DNA of 64,000 nt from Ptychomitrium polyphyllum. Lineage: Eukaryota. The stretch is from positions 3,162,001 to 3,226,000 of the forward strand of contig OZ316775.1 of assembly GCA_973851085.1 (NCBI GenBank), written 5' to 3'. The position numbers were made by a program, and so were the translations under genes. Under the pieces are notes generated by a model that was not told where the DNA came from, made no database searches, and was given only the letters and a program-made list of their open reading frames with translations. This document shows, piece by piece, positions 14,701 to 28,814 of the stretch (position 1 is its first letter; each line of letters starts with the position of its first letter).

Positions 14701-16663
14701 AGAGATGAATTGCTGAATACTTGCTTGTTAGGATATTTTCTAAAATTTTATTTAATATATTTTCAAGCTGGATAAATAGATCTTACTTTTATTCAATATT
14801 GATATCAGTCTAGGTATTGATACATGTATTGGAATCATTATTTTCCATATTTGTAGAAAATCCAATATATTTGCATAACTTTGATATAAACTTTATACAA
14901 GGTGGTCTAGTATATATGTTTTGTAACATTTGTACCATAGAGATTAAGAAATTTTAATCATTAATAATTAATATGTAAAGTAAGATGTCTTATTTGTAAA
15001 CTAAAGAGGTGTAAATTGTTTAAGCAATTTAAGCAATCATGAATATAATTGTTAGTTTATTTGATATGTAAGGTGAATAATCAAGAATTTTGCTTAGAGT
15101 TAGAAATTTCATAATAAGGATATTTTAGAAACCATGTAGCCATTTAATATGAGGAATTATTTTGTAAATTATAACTTTCCCTTGCTTGTCATTTGCTTGT
15201 CACTTGAAGTGTTTGGTCAATGAAAATTCAAAATTGATTTTGAATTCAATTATAATAAATTTATGGTATATGATCACATGGTTATCAAAGGCACCTTCAA
15301 ATAAGTAGTTAAATTATAGTTCTATAAATTTCATGCAACCACTTTAAAAATAGCTTATGATGATTTGGCTAACAAGTGAAAATACACTAGACAGGAAAAG
15401 GCAATTGAAAATCCAAGGGAACATGTCATGTGCCTTTTACAAGTACCTAGCAACAAATATGTGTAAGCCTTGTAATTCTTGGTTTATTATTGTTTCAAAC
15501 CTACACAGATTTATGTTTCACAACAATATTCATATTTCTTTTATTTTGGATTCTCATTTTTTCTAATATTAACTTGTTCAGAACCAGGATTTGTTTAGAC
15601 TCATTTAATGTTATAGGATTAAAGGGACAATGTCAGTCTCTGTGAGAATTTCTTACTCCAGCCAAAGAAGTTCATCTACTTCTGTATGGAAAGAACTTTG
15701 CTGGACTCTTTTCTTGAATACTGCCAGGACTTAAATGGTTTTGATGTAATTGTTACTTAGTACACCTAGACTCAGTTACAGAACTTCAGCTATATATCAG
15801 AAAGCTTATCAGTAGAGCTCTTGAATTAATGTAGTTAGCCTACAAATGAGGAAAATAATTCATAGTAGTTTTGTGCTATGTAGCTAATATACACCCTAGT
15901 GAACTTTAATGATGATAATGTAAAATGTAAACTGATGTAAAATGATGATAAATACTTACATGAATAAACACATTGTAAGAAGGATTTATGTTATCATGCA
16001 TACACAAATCAATACCTTTAGGAACTTGATTTATACAGTGATTTTTTTATATTTATCAATTTTAGACATTCTGAAATTCAACGTCAACAAACTGTAACAA
16101 AATCAAAAGCCATATCACAGTGGTATTGATCAGCTTTATCTTTCTGTACCTTGAGCAGGCACAAAACAGTAGACTAAAAAATAACATACAAACTTCAACT
16201 GAATGGTGCTATTGGTAAGCAATTTCACCAGAATAATTTAATCAGACATAGGTTTTATGATCCTTCTACAGGCATGATTTGAGCTTGATGTTTCAGTTGC
16301 CAAGCCAGGCTTTGGCAGAGGTACAGCATTATACAAGTTTGCCAGTGTGCACTATAATATGGATGCTAAATTGCTAAGATAAGTTAGTAATCAACACAGT
16401 CTCATCATGCGCCTAACTGGGTCATTTAATACAATGGTTCAGTAAGAGGTCCAAGCAAGGACCACTATGCAATCAGTTCTTGACCAAAGACCTTTTTGAA
16501 TCCTTGCATTGTCCCTTCTCCACTCCTCTGAATTAACTACTAAAAAGAGTTGTACTAAACTGCCTGGTTGGGATGAAGGTGGGACGACGAAGTAACAGTG
16601 TGACACCAGGTTCATTCAAAGACTGAAACACTGGCACATTGTATAGGTTACACAAAAGATAGA

Positions 16664-17197
16664 ACAACCCCTTACCACCTGAGATCCATAGCCACGCACT
16701 ATCAAAAGATTAAAAATTATCATGTGCATTATCATTAATTATCAAATTCTTGCTACTAGAAATTAAGGCTTGGTGAATGGTGGTAATGGATTGAGATTGA
16801 GTGCAGATGAGATTATGGAGTGGTGGAAATAGAAAGGAGGGTAAATCTATACGAGTTTAGAACAAAACATGTAATAGATATAGCCCTAGAACATGGTGGT
16901 TACTGAAAGGAATTTAGGTGAAAGTGCATTCATCAAGTAATGATTATTGGTTGTTGTTTGGAAGGTTAATGGCCTATTAGTGGTTTTTGGCTTCTTGCAA
17001 GAAAGCACCTTGGTAGTTCATAATTACTTTAGGATTTGTTAGAAAAATATGGTTTCAATTGCATTGAATTTTAGACCTGATTTTTTAGGCAACAAAAAAT
17101 ATTGCAATCTCTACAATGCTTGCAAAATGGAAAACAAGATTCTCCATTTTGCAAGTCCTATTCATAATGTTCCTATTGCAATGGCATTGGGATGTTC
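16664..17197 (+). repeat. Dispersed direct repeat, copy 1 (partner 27660-28171); probable decayed TE fragment
   Basis: Read-through alignment from ACAACCCCTTACCAC to GGCATTGGGATGTTC matches 27660-28171. The 3' 294 bp differ at one position; the 5' part has many substitutions and an indel of about 22 nt. Confidence 0.92.
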
Positions 17198-20100
17198 TAC
17201 TTTATGATGCATTTAGTTTCTTAGTTATAATGACCTACTTAACAGTCTACCTCCAAACTACCATAACATTATTATTCACTTTGATTTTGGGCCTTTAATT
17301 CTCAATTTAAGTTATCATTGTTGTTTAATGAATATTAGTAATGCTTCAAATTTAAAGCCCTAGTTCAATTGAAATGGATATTTCTTCATGTATGTTCTAA
17401 ATTTTTTGTGGCCTACCAATCATTGAAGACATACAAATTCATTACAAATCTTGTTATCTTTTGTTATTAATACTATACATATAGAATCTTTATCATTTAG
17501 ATGATGACTCTAAATAGAGTATATATTTTTTACTCTTATTAGTCACTAAACCAAGATCCCTTTTGAAAGACAATCTTTTTAACTAAATTGTGTAGATACA
17601 TTCAAATTTGCTTTTAGATTTCTATTGGAATTCATGCCTTTGTATTTGGTGAGTTATTATCTTGACACTTTAACTCCATCACATTATAATGAAACAAGGT
17701 TTCAATAATGGAATTATACTTTATTATTAATGAACTATTCTTTTGAAAGAGGGTATTCAAAAGGGTTATTCAAAAATATTATTAATACTATAATAGGGTA
17801 GCCCACTACTACAAATTATACAAAGTCTGAAACAAGCATTGCAAAAACATTTTAATATTTGATAAGTCCATTAATGAGGGATGATACTTTCTAGAAAAAT
17901 ATCATTAAAGGTAACAAGATTCAGTAGTAGATAACATCTTAGTTTTGGAGAAAACAACCAGTTTGCAAAATTCTCAAATTTCTGCATGATGCCTTCAAAC
18001 AGAAAGGAAGGTTTAGTGACCACTGACAGATGCACAGAGGGAGACACTTCAAGAAAAGGTGATAGAAGTGATGTCAAGGTCAAAGGGGAGCGTAACGTAT
18101 TTTAACAAGTAAAAAGAGTAACTATAAGAGCTTAATACACTTGCAGCAGCCTAGACCAATCCTTCTCATGAGAGCCTCTAGGCCCTTCCATTGGCCATAT
18201 ACATACATCATTTAAGCACTTATAAAGCATTCATATATGGTATTGCATATTCTGTATGTACAAAAGATTGAATCAATGACTGAGGAAATCCCCCCCTGGC
18301 TTTTCTCCATCCATAATATTCTTTACCAGTTGGGGTGGGGTGGGTTACTGTCAAAGGCAACAAAACTCATGACCATGACTTTAATGCAAGTGAACCAGGT
18401 TACAATTGGTTAATGAAATTAATTGGATATGCACGCTTTAAAACATATTATTTAGACAGTAGAGAAGAATTATTAATGTTTAAAATTGGGAATTTTGGGA
18501 ACCTTAGAAATTCATCCCTTTTATTTCAAGTGACTCACATATTTGCTAAGAACATTATGTCCATCATGTGTGTCTAATTTATTGTGAAATCCAAATTCTA
18601 GGCCAAACTCCTAATTTTGGTTCATTTTATTATAGATTTGAATTTTAGATAAGTTTATAAAGGATTTGTTTCTTAAAGTGGAGGAAGTACCTCAATATTC
18701 CTACCCTATATTATGTGGACATATGGCTAAGCTGTAGCAAGAAAAGACATTTCATTTACAATAATTCTTTATGGTTGTTAACTAGTTGTTTTTCATCTTT
18801 TCATTTCATTGAAGAACAATTCTTGAAATAAAATGTTAAATTTTGAAGAAGATTTTTAATGTACTTCGTTTAGAGGGAAAATAGACTTTAAAGAGAAAAC
18901 AAAGATTTCCATAGTCAAATTTTGAAAAGAAAAATAAAGTGTTAAATTTCTTGATGGTCCACAGAAATGCCAATAGATCAAAATAATAATATGAAAATGT
19001 TGCCACTCACACCTAAGTTTTTATTCATTTTTGGATGTTTTTTCATTTTTATCTTAATAATTTTTGAAAATTTATTTAGTTGTTCATTATAGGTAATAAC
19101 AAAATGAATTTGTAGGTGATTTAATTCGTCTAGTTTATCAATTAATCAAATTTTGGCCTTGCTTGTCAAGACAGACTATTATCATTTTGCTTCTTCTCAA
19201 GATTGAGTAATGATATGAGGTTTGAACTGAAAACACTTGGATCAGATGGATAGAAATCTTCATTTGATACAGAATGAGATAAATTAATTGTATAAGATTA
19301 AATGGTCAAACATGTATTGACTTGTGATGAAGCTCTAATTAATATTTGCTTCTCATTTATATTTTGTATTGATAAATTTCACAAAGACTCAACTTCAAAA
19401 GATGGATAATGCAATTTGAATTAGGGTTGTAATTTGAAATGTTTACTAGAGATGAAAGTTCCAAGCATAAATAGACCTATTTAGTTACTTTCTAGAAGTT
19501 CAATAACATAACATAATAATATTTCTAAAGCACCAATGATAATAAACACAGATCTTCAAAAAGAATTGTTGAAGCATTTGGTAATAGTTCTATATTTATA
19601 TAGAATTTAAGACAAGTTCTAAAAAAAATTGTATTTTGAATTAGAAAACATATTGAAGGTGTTTATTTTTTAAAAAATACCATGAACATTTTGAAGCTAT
19701 ATCTTCATTGGAAAGGAGTCATTTTTCATAAGTTTGGTAGATTATATTTAAAAAAATATTAATAACATTTAAAAAACTCTATTTGTGAAGAAATAAAAAA
19801 CCTTTTTATATTGTTTGGTATTATTTAATATAATCATATAATAATAGAATAATATTATAAATGGTTAAGTATAAGTTAACAATACAAGCATTCTAAATAG
19901 AATTTGTGGCTTCTAAATCTATTAAGTTGATTTCAAAAATTTCACATAGTTGGAAAGAAAAGAGCTTATATTAACTATTGACCATTTCATTGGTTTCAAT
20001 CTAAAAATTTATAAGTCCATTTAAAATGTGATTTCCTTCTTCTAGATATTATTTTATACTTAATTTGATGATTGTAGTATTATATAGCTGAAATGTTAGT

Positions 20101-23100
20101 GATTTCTTGAATAGACTTGAAAATAATTGTTCAACATTATTTTTATGTTATAAATTTTATTATTAAAACAAATGACATTTTTACTATTCTTTCTATTAGA
20201 TTTGTTTTAAAAATTATTACATGATTTATAAGTATTATCACTTACATCACTTTTATTATATAATTTTTATATTTATAAGTGATGCTATTTAACTTCTAAA
20301 GCAATATAACTTCTTTTAAACTCATAACATTGTGCATTGAAGTGACATAAATATGAGTGGGAATGAAATATGGAAATATCAATTATACAATGATGTGATG
20401 AACTTGTTGTAGATGATGTGGATTAAATTTGGAATCTTGAAGTTTCATGAACTAAAAATTTATTACTTTCCTAAATCAAGAAATAGTTCTATCATTTAGC
20501 TAATATTACTTTGCAATTGAAATTCTATTATTAAACCTATGCCATCAATAATTTACCTATACTATATTCTTACCTAAACTTCACAATAAATTGAATTGAT
20601 ATAAGATTTAGCAACAAAAAAAAGTTGAGTGACAATTCAATCCAATAAATTCTATAAAATTTTGACACTATATAAAGAAGAATTATCTCTTCAAAATTTG
20701 AGTCATCTAAAATTATATAACTTTTGATCAAAATTCTTAGGAATAAAATGATATTACTTTTTTGACACTACATATTTAAAAATATAATATAACAATGCTA
20801 TAGATATAATACTATTTTATTCCGTTCATTCATGTAATAGAAAGTTGTAACATAATTTTAAATGCTATGTATATTTTAAATATAAGAACACAAAATCTGA
20901 TATTAATTTTTGAAAATTTGGTAGTTATAACTTACAAATTCTTTGCAATTTTACAAAGCATGTTATAGAAAATAATTCAAATAAAATTAAATAGTATTAA
21001 AATGTTAAAAGACATTATTGTATATATTCTATAACAAAGTATTGCAAATTGTGGTGAAGTCTAATTTGCTAAAGTTAATAAAACTTTTCAAACAAAAAAA
21101 TTCATCATTTAAATAGATTATTTGTTAAACTTGTATAGAGAACTTTTTTGAAATAGATTTCACCAAAAAGGATTAAAAACTAGGATTTTTAAAAAGAAAT
21201 TAAAATTTTAATGAAATTTGGACAGTCAAATTGAAAAAAAGATGCCCTCATCTCAATGAAGTTAGCGAGATTATAATGATGCCTAATATTTAAAGCCATA
21301 ACTTAATTGAAATGAAGGTGTTATTTCATAATTTTGGAAATTTAGATGTTACATAATAGCTTAGATTTAATAAAAACTTTATTAAATTTATTAAATTTAT
21401 TACATTTAAAATTTAATAAATTTTATTTTAACATAGTCACTTTATGTATTATAGCATTTAAAAGCATTCCAAAAGAAGGTCAATAACTAATACAAATTAA
21501 TAAACATAAAAACAACTATATAAATTTTTTTTGAATTTTTTGAAATTATATCTATTAAACATATGACATAGAACTTGTTAAAAATTTTGATTTCTTTGTA
21601 ATGAAATTTTAAGATGAATTAAACATGAATTGAATGAAGAATGTCTAAAGAAATAATTTTTTATTATTTAGAAATATAGTGTTTTGATAAGATTTAATAT
21701 TATCTTAATAAGCCATTTATGTTTTAAAGTGCATTTAGTATCATTAATGTAATTATGAATGCATTTATAAATTTGTAACAATTTTCTTAAGAAAATATTG
21801 TATTCAAAGGCCCAATTTGAACATCTCTTATTATTTCATGACATTGATATTTTAGAACTAGTGTTGGGAGGTCCTTCATTGAAATCTTCACTATCCACCT
21901 CCACTTGTTAACCATCTGTGGATGCATGATTCAATAAGCTCTAGATTCAATTCCTGAACAATTGCCATGATGAAGGACCACTCTACCACCAATTCTTGGA
22001 TGTTGTGTCCCACAAATACTACTGGCTTTGTAGTATTGTACCAATATTTGTATCCATAGTGCAAGTTACTCTGCTGGCCAGGGCCATCCAGTCTTGGAAA
22101 GACAATGTATCATGATACAGTATCAGCAAATGGGTCAAACATGATTAATATGTACCACTTGCAAGGTAATACCAGGTCACCATTTTTCTGCATAGAAGGA
22201 TTCAGCAAGAAATCCACAACTGTATCATGATTTGCTCATGAATGTATGAGGCATAAGTAGAGTCACTACTCTCACACTGTAGATCTCAATGATGATGATT
22301 ATGCTATCAACCACAGGTACCTTGTAGCTACCTTGAGACCTCCCATGATTGAACCATTGGTGAGAAGCTCAAACCTCAGCCCATCACCACCCCAAAAAGA
22401 AATGCCCCTTTTACAAACATTGCATCAGGAATGACAAAACAACTTGTTTTGTGTTTGATTTGTGGTGACAGAGGGATTAGTGGCATTCCCACATTGATAT
22501 TGAAATGGATGGGCTTGTGACATTTTGACATCAAAATGACAAATTAAAATGATTCAGATGTCAAACTCACTTCAAAATAACATAAAATTACAATACATTA
22601 CAGTGACATCATAGTGTTTTAGTTGGCTGTGGCTATGAGCCTCAGGTGTTAATGGGCTATTCTTCCTTTTACAGCTTTAGTTGTGCACCTTCTGGGAAAG
22701 GTCATTGGATGTAATATATGAACCCTATCATAAACACTCAGCATTTACAGTTGATGCTCATCATTGATAGGATCCATCTGAAAGGCCCAAGTTAGGATCA
22801 CATATTTACTTAGACACATGCAAGGCTGCTACTCCCAGGCTTCTTATGTCTCTAGGTTTGAGCAACATCAGAGATTTTGCAGAAGTATCCACTCCAGAGT
22901 GACTTGCTGGTTGATGTGACAGGCCTTGCATCACCATCGCCTACCTGGGCACCAGTTCAATTTGTTCTTTTATATTATTAACATGTGTTCCAAATGCATT
23001 TCTTTAATCAGGTTTTCAAGAAAAACTCAGGAAGTACTTCAAATGATCTTTGCAAGGTGAAACTCTTTCTGGTGAATTTAAGTACAACTTACTTATTGGG

Positions 23101-26100
23101 ATCAGTGGGACAACAAATTTTTGGAAGTGTTAGTATGAACTCCTTTATCCTGTCCAGAAGATACTCTGAGACATATCTTTCCTTCCTAAGCTTGCTCAGA
23201 AATGGTACATACTGGTACATCTAGATTTGAGGAAAATAGAAAAATTTGACTATGGACAGGCTCCTAGGGTATACAGGTTAAAATTTCATCTACTTTGCAT
23301 AAAGTAAAGATTAGTAGTCCTCCATGTGCCCAGATGAAGTTTGGCTGAGTGTCAGAAATACTACAGCCTTCTTCTGTAACTGCCTGTTGCAATTGGTTCT
23401 CTCTCTGTCCTAATGTAACCCCCTTGTAGCATACACTGGTACCCACTAAACAGGCTCATGTACCACTTCAGTCAAGCTTTCATTAGAATTTTTTGCATCC
23501 TGGCAGCTACTATCTTAAATTTATTTGGTGCTACTCTGCAAAAGGCCCAATTGAACATCAGCAAATACCTGTGATAACTCCTGTGCCAAAACACAAAAAC
23601 AACATTGTTTACTGGAACACTGTATGTGAGCAGAATGTGAGGCAAAAGGAGAGGGCCAAGCTTTGGCAGTACCAGTAAAAAATTTATGCCAACAAGACTT
23701 GAGGATGACCTGGCACAGATCTTAGGCTGACTTCAAGAAAAAGACCCTAACATGTTTCATAGAAGCAGGCAGTATGAATTATTCTATTTTATTTTATTTA
23801 TTTAGCAAAAATATTGTGCTCATACAGCAGAAATACAGCAAAATTTTATTTCCAAACCCTTTAAACATGCAAATGCTTTTGCAAGAATCATGTACCCATA
23901 TGGAAGGATTTGATTCAATGCATATCTATCAAATAATTGTTAAATTGGAAAAGTAGGGTGCAACAATTGAATTTTCATTTCGAAATACCCCAGTAGATTA
24001 TCAGAAGAACCCTAAGCCTTGAGTTATTTATATCACAAATTACCATTACATGCGCTCAAACCATGATCCTTGCAGTTTATGATGATTTGACATGACGAGA
24101 TACTTGCAGATTGCTTCCTTGCCAACTTGAAGCAATATCATTTAATGTTTGTTTGTTGTTAATTTGACAAGATGCATTAATTGTTTCCTAAAATCTTTAG
24201 TTTCAAATTTTTTAAATATTTTCTATGAAACTCCATTTTTGTTATATGATATTACAAAGAAGAAGAGTATTAAATATCCAATTAAACCAAAAGCACTAAT
24301 ATAAATGGAAAATGTATTAATATTATTTTGTAGTTAGAGTGATTGCTATTCACATCTCGAATGCCTCAAAACTATTGTTTTACAATCAACACCTTCCTCT
24401 ATTTGCATAGACTTGGCTGGCGAGCAGTTAAAGTTATTAAATCGGTTAGGACATTTATGACATTTAGGGCTAGGGCTTGGTTGTCTTTGAGCGTCCTCCT
24501 TGACTATAAAAGTAAACATGTTGGAAGTAAAAGTCATTTTGCTCCACACTTCTTTTTATGCAACCTTGTTTACTTCTTACTTATTTTAGTAGTTTTATTG
24601 CATTTCTTCAGTGCTTGCAAAGGTGGGCTTTTATCTTCTGAGAAAAACAAAAATCATAATTTAATGTAGAATTCCAATTTTTTCTTTAATAATAAGCATT
24701 AGTCAACCAAAAAAATTCATAAAATTAAACTATAAACCAATAGATTGCAATATGGACTTCAAACTACTACAGAACGATGTCAACTTAAAAGAAAAGACTT
24801 ATTACATAAGGCTAATAATTTAGTTTTAAAGTTTATTATTGCATAGAAGTTAGAATTATAAAATTTTAAAAATTAATGTATTTAGTAGCTTATAAAGAAG
24901 AAATTCATAATTTTTTTTCAATATGAGTAAGTACCATGAATCATGTAATTGAACTTTCTAGTGCTTTTAGGCATGACATAAAAATTTGGCTTTTAATTCA
25001 TATTGTAATTAACTTTTAAATAGTAGAAAAGGAATATCAATTTATATTTTTTACTTCTGTTTTCTTGGAGATAGGTTTAGAGTGTAAAATGAAAAGAAAT
25101 ATCATTTATGATGATAACCTACATGATCATCATTTTTTGAGAAATTGTCTATTAGGAATGGCCACTTCTTTTAACATTTTGTATTCATGTGTATTAACAA
25201 AATATTTCTTAAGAGACTATTATATAATACAAATATTTTTAAGTTATAAGTGAATATTCATTAAATGATTAATCAAATTAATGTTAGATTATAATTATGC
25301 ATTTTTTTTTATATACATATGTACTTTAACATTTAATGAGACTACAATATTTCCACTTCTAATATAACTTTAATCTTTAAAACTATAATAGATACTATCA
25401 TTTAGATTGTGCTATTAGATTTCAAGTAAATTTCTACAATAAATCTAAACATAAGGAATATAAAACTTTGAAATAATAGGCCTTTAGTATTGGACATTTT
25501 TTATTAAATATTATAAGAATGTCATAGATACCAAAGAACTAAACTTTATTAGTGGTAAATAAAGTAGAAGAATCCATAAACACTTGCTTCTTTTAATGAC
25601 AAATTGAATAATAATTATAGCCTTCCAAATCATGTTTAACAATTATTAGATGTAAAATTGGGATAAAAAATAGATGACATAATATTAATAATGGAAATAA
25701 GATTGAGTGCTAAAAGAATCATATAATAGCAAAGCATCCTCCATTTACCTTTAATATCATTCTTTGCATTATTTTACTATCCTAGATAAAACAATTCTAC
25801 TTAGGTTCAAATCATTAAAAAAATTCTAAATAAACTTTACAAGATTATATAATGGCAAGAGTGGTAATTGAAGCATCTAGCCAACTAATTTCTATAGGCC
25901 TTGCCTTCTTATATTCTCATAATTTTTTTATCTTTTACAACTTGAATTCTTTTTATTGGGACTTTTTTGTATTTGATAATTTCTATTCATATGACCTACT
26001 CAAGTGGTATATGATTGCAAGTTGAATGCAATCAATCACCACTATATCACGTAAATTTTCTACTAAAAAAAATTATATTTTATTTACAAACCACATGCAT

Positions 26101-27659
26101 AATATAGTGAACTATGTAACATGTGTTATATAAATTCAAATCTAGTTGTTTGTGTGGTTTATTCTAATTTTTTTAAATAGAGAGTATGATTTTTCCTAAT
26201 GAAAATTACAAGATGCAAGTTGTTTTTTGTTCTAGATTTAATTTGGTAAGCTTATTATTTACATTTTCCCTTACCTTTTAATGATCTCCACATATAATAT
26301 AGTTGATATATAAATTCCTTCATTGTCCAGTCTAGTAATGTCTTTGTTTCTAAATAAAGGCAAAGATAATTTAGAACAACAAATACTCATAGATTTTTCA
26401 ATACACTTGGCTGCTTGCACAATTAGTATAAATTCACTTTTATAACTAATTAAATTCTTATAAATATAAAAATTAAATTAAAATCTTTAAAACATGAAAT
26501 CTAGATATTAGATAGTGAAAAATATTCCTTTATTTTTTTGCATTGTCTTCTAAAATAAGTACATTTGACACATTTATGGAGTAAATTTTGTTGGCTTGAA
26601 CCAAATTCGCCTTCATAAATTCAAATGTTTAAACCAATATTTATAATCACATAATATGAAATTTAAAATTTGAAAGATAAAAAACAAGGTTTAATTATAT
26701 ATAAGTTGAAATAGAAAAAGTTTAAATTTAGCTTGTTTTTAATCTTTTATGTTTTGAATTTCATATTGGTCCAACTTTAAGAAGAACCACTCTTACATTC
26801 ATAATCATGGTCAATAGTCATTAAGAAATGATATAAAAATATAGGCACTTATTTCACTTTGACTTCTTTTTAAAAGACGTTGACATTTTTTTTAGCCTCA
26901 ATAATAGTCAATAAGTTATATGAAAACCTTAATTTTGTAACAAATTATTTCACAACCAATTTTTTCACGTTAAAATGCCTTTTTATATATAACTTCAAAG
27001 CATTATAATATGACAGTTCAAATCTCTACTTTTCCCATGTTACAAAATTAATGTGGGTGTATTTCATCTATTTCATTCATATGGAATTTGGAACAACATG
27101 GAAATTTATAAGGGTTATACAAACTTGTTGAAACTTGTAGAAATTTTATGAGAATTATATTCAACAATATAGTATTTCAATAAAACAAGAATTTTATAAA
27201 AATTATTTCATTGAAGGAAAATATATATTTTTTCCTTTTGGATTGTGTACATATTTGAGTGGTTCCTTTAAACCATCTTCCTTACACCATTTTCTTTGAA
27301 TAAGTCCATGACATTTTTTCCTTTAAAAGATGAATGTTCACCCATAAATTGGAACATTGTAATTTAATAGAATAATTTGTAAATTCATCATCTTTACCTT
27401 AATATAATGTCCTTGATACAAAATGGGTGCATTAAAACATATATGAAAACTAAGTTGATGGATTTCTATGGCACTAAAGTATGCATTCTAATCATAAGTA
27501 TAATTGACCTAAACAAAGACTTTAAATTGCTAGTGTGATTTTGATTGAGAAAAGAAATTCATTCTAAAAATATGATTTAATATGATGATTTTAAAACCTC
27601 ATCAATATAGCAAATTCTATTCACCCTCATATGATAGATGTAATGGCCAATAAAGTAAG

Positions 27660-28171
27660 ACAACCCCTTACCACTTGAGATCCATAGCTATACACTATTA
27701 AAAGACTATAAGTTATCATGTGCATTACCATTAATCATCAAACTCTTGCTACTAGTATTTAAGGCTTGGTGAGTGGTGGTAATGGGATTATGGAGTGGTG
27801 AAAATAGATGGAGGGTAAATCTATACGAGTTTAAAATAAAACATGTAATAGATATAGTTCTAGAATATGGTGGTTATTGAAAGGAATTTAGGTGAAAGTG
27901 CATTCATCAAGTAATGATTATTGGTTGTTGTTTGGAAGGTTAATGGCCTATTAGTGGTTTTTGGCTTCTTGCAAGAAAGCACCTTGGTAGTTCATAATTA
28001 CTTTAGGATTTGTTAGAAAAATATGGTTTCAATTGCATTGAATTTTAGACCTGATTTTTTAGGCAACAAAAAATATTGCAATCTCTACAATGCTTGCAAA
28101 ATGGAAAACAAGATTCTCCATTTTGCAAATCCTATTCATAATGTTCCTATTGCAATGGCATTGGGATGTTC
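27660..28171 (+). repeat. Dispersed direct repeat, copy 2 (partner 16664-17197)
   Basis: Same sequence as 16664-17197, lacking the insertion near ATTGAGATTGAGTGCAGATG. Confidence 0.92.
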
Positions 28172-28523
28172 CAACTTAAGATGTATTTGATTTTTGGAAG
28201 CTCAAAGAAGAATGTTACAAGTAAGTGATAAGGAATGGTTCCTAAAAGTGACAAACCAATACAATGATAGACTTAAGAAGTAGATTGTGGATTGAAAATA
28301 AAAATTACTACCAAGCAATAAAAAGAATTTAAGGTGGAACAATCTTCCACCAAATTATAACAACATAATGTATGCATTTGCACAACCACCAATTGTAAGT
28401 GTTGTTTGTTTCTTTATTGACGCCTTATACATTTTCTTGTTGTTCACATGACAAGAGATTTCAGCTATATTTAGAGATTTTATGTAATATGATATTTTAA
28501 AATTATCAAATTCTAATTTAAGG

Positions 28524-28814
28524 TTTACACCTTGTTCTCTTGTCTATGGAAGAAACAAATTGAAGATGTTGAGATAATGAGTTTGACGCTCAAATGATAG
28601 CAATTATTGTAAGAAATTTTCTCCTATTAACCATTTTTAGAAGTGCTTTTAAAATGACAGTCCAAGAGTTAATCCATGGAAGGAAACCTTTCCAATCTTG
28701 ATTAGTTTCATGCATTTTAATCTTCACTTCTAAACCTTCCTTTATATCAAATACTTAAGTCTTAAGCTGTAATTTTTCCTTTTCCTATCTTCCATGAGAA
28801 GTGTAAGTTGGCCC
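28524..28814 (+). mobile_element. Degenerate partial copy of a Tourist/PIF-Harbinger-like MITE (related to 39417-39824)
   Basis: Colinear diverged similarity to 39516-39824 (TTTACACCTTGTTC...CAATTATT...CCAAGA.TT.AT.CATG...), ending GTGTAAGTTGGCCC followed by TTA, a Harbinger-type end and target triplet. Confidence 0.45.

Noticed and set aside
16664..28171. Intact LTR retrotransposon bounded by the two 0.5-kb direct repeats
   Set aside because: No TG...CA termini, target-site duplication, primer-binding site or polypurine tract identified, and no gag/pol motifs recognised in the interior.
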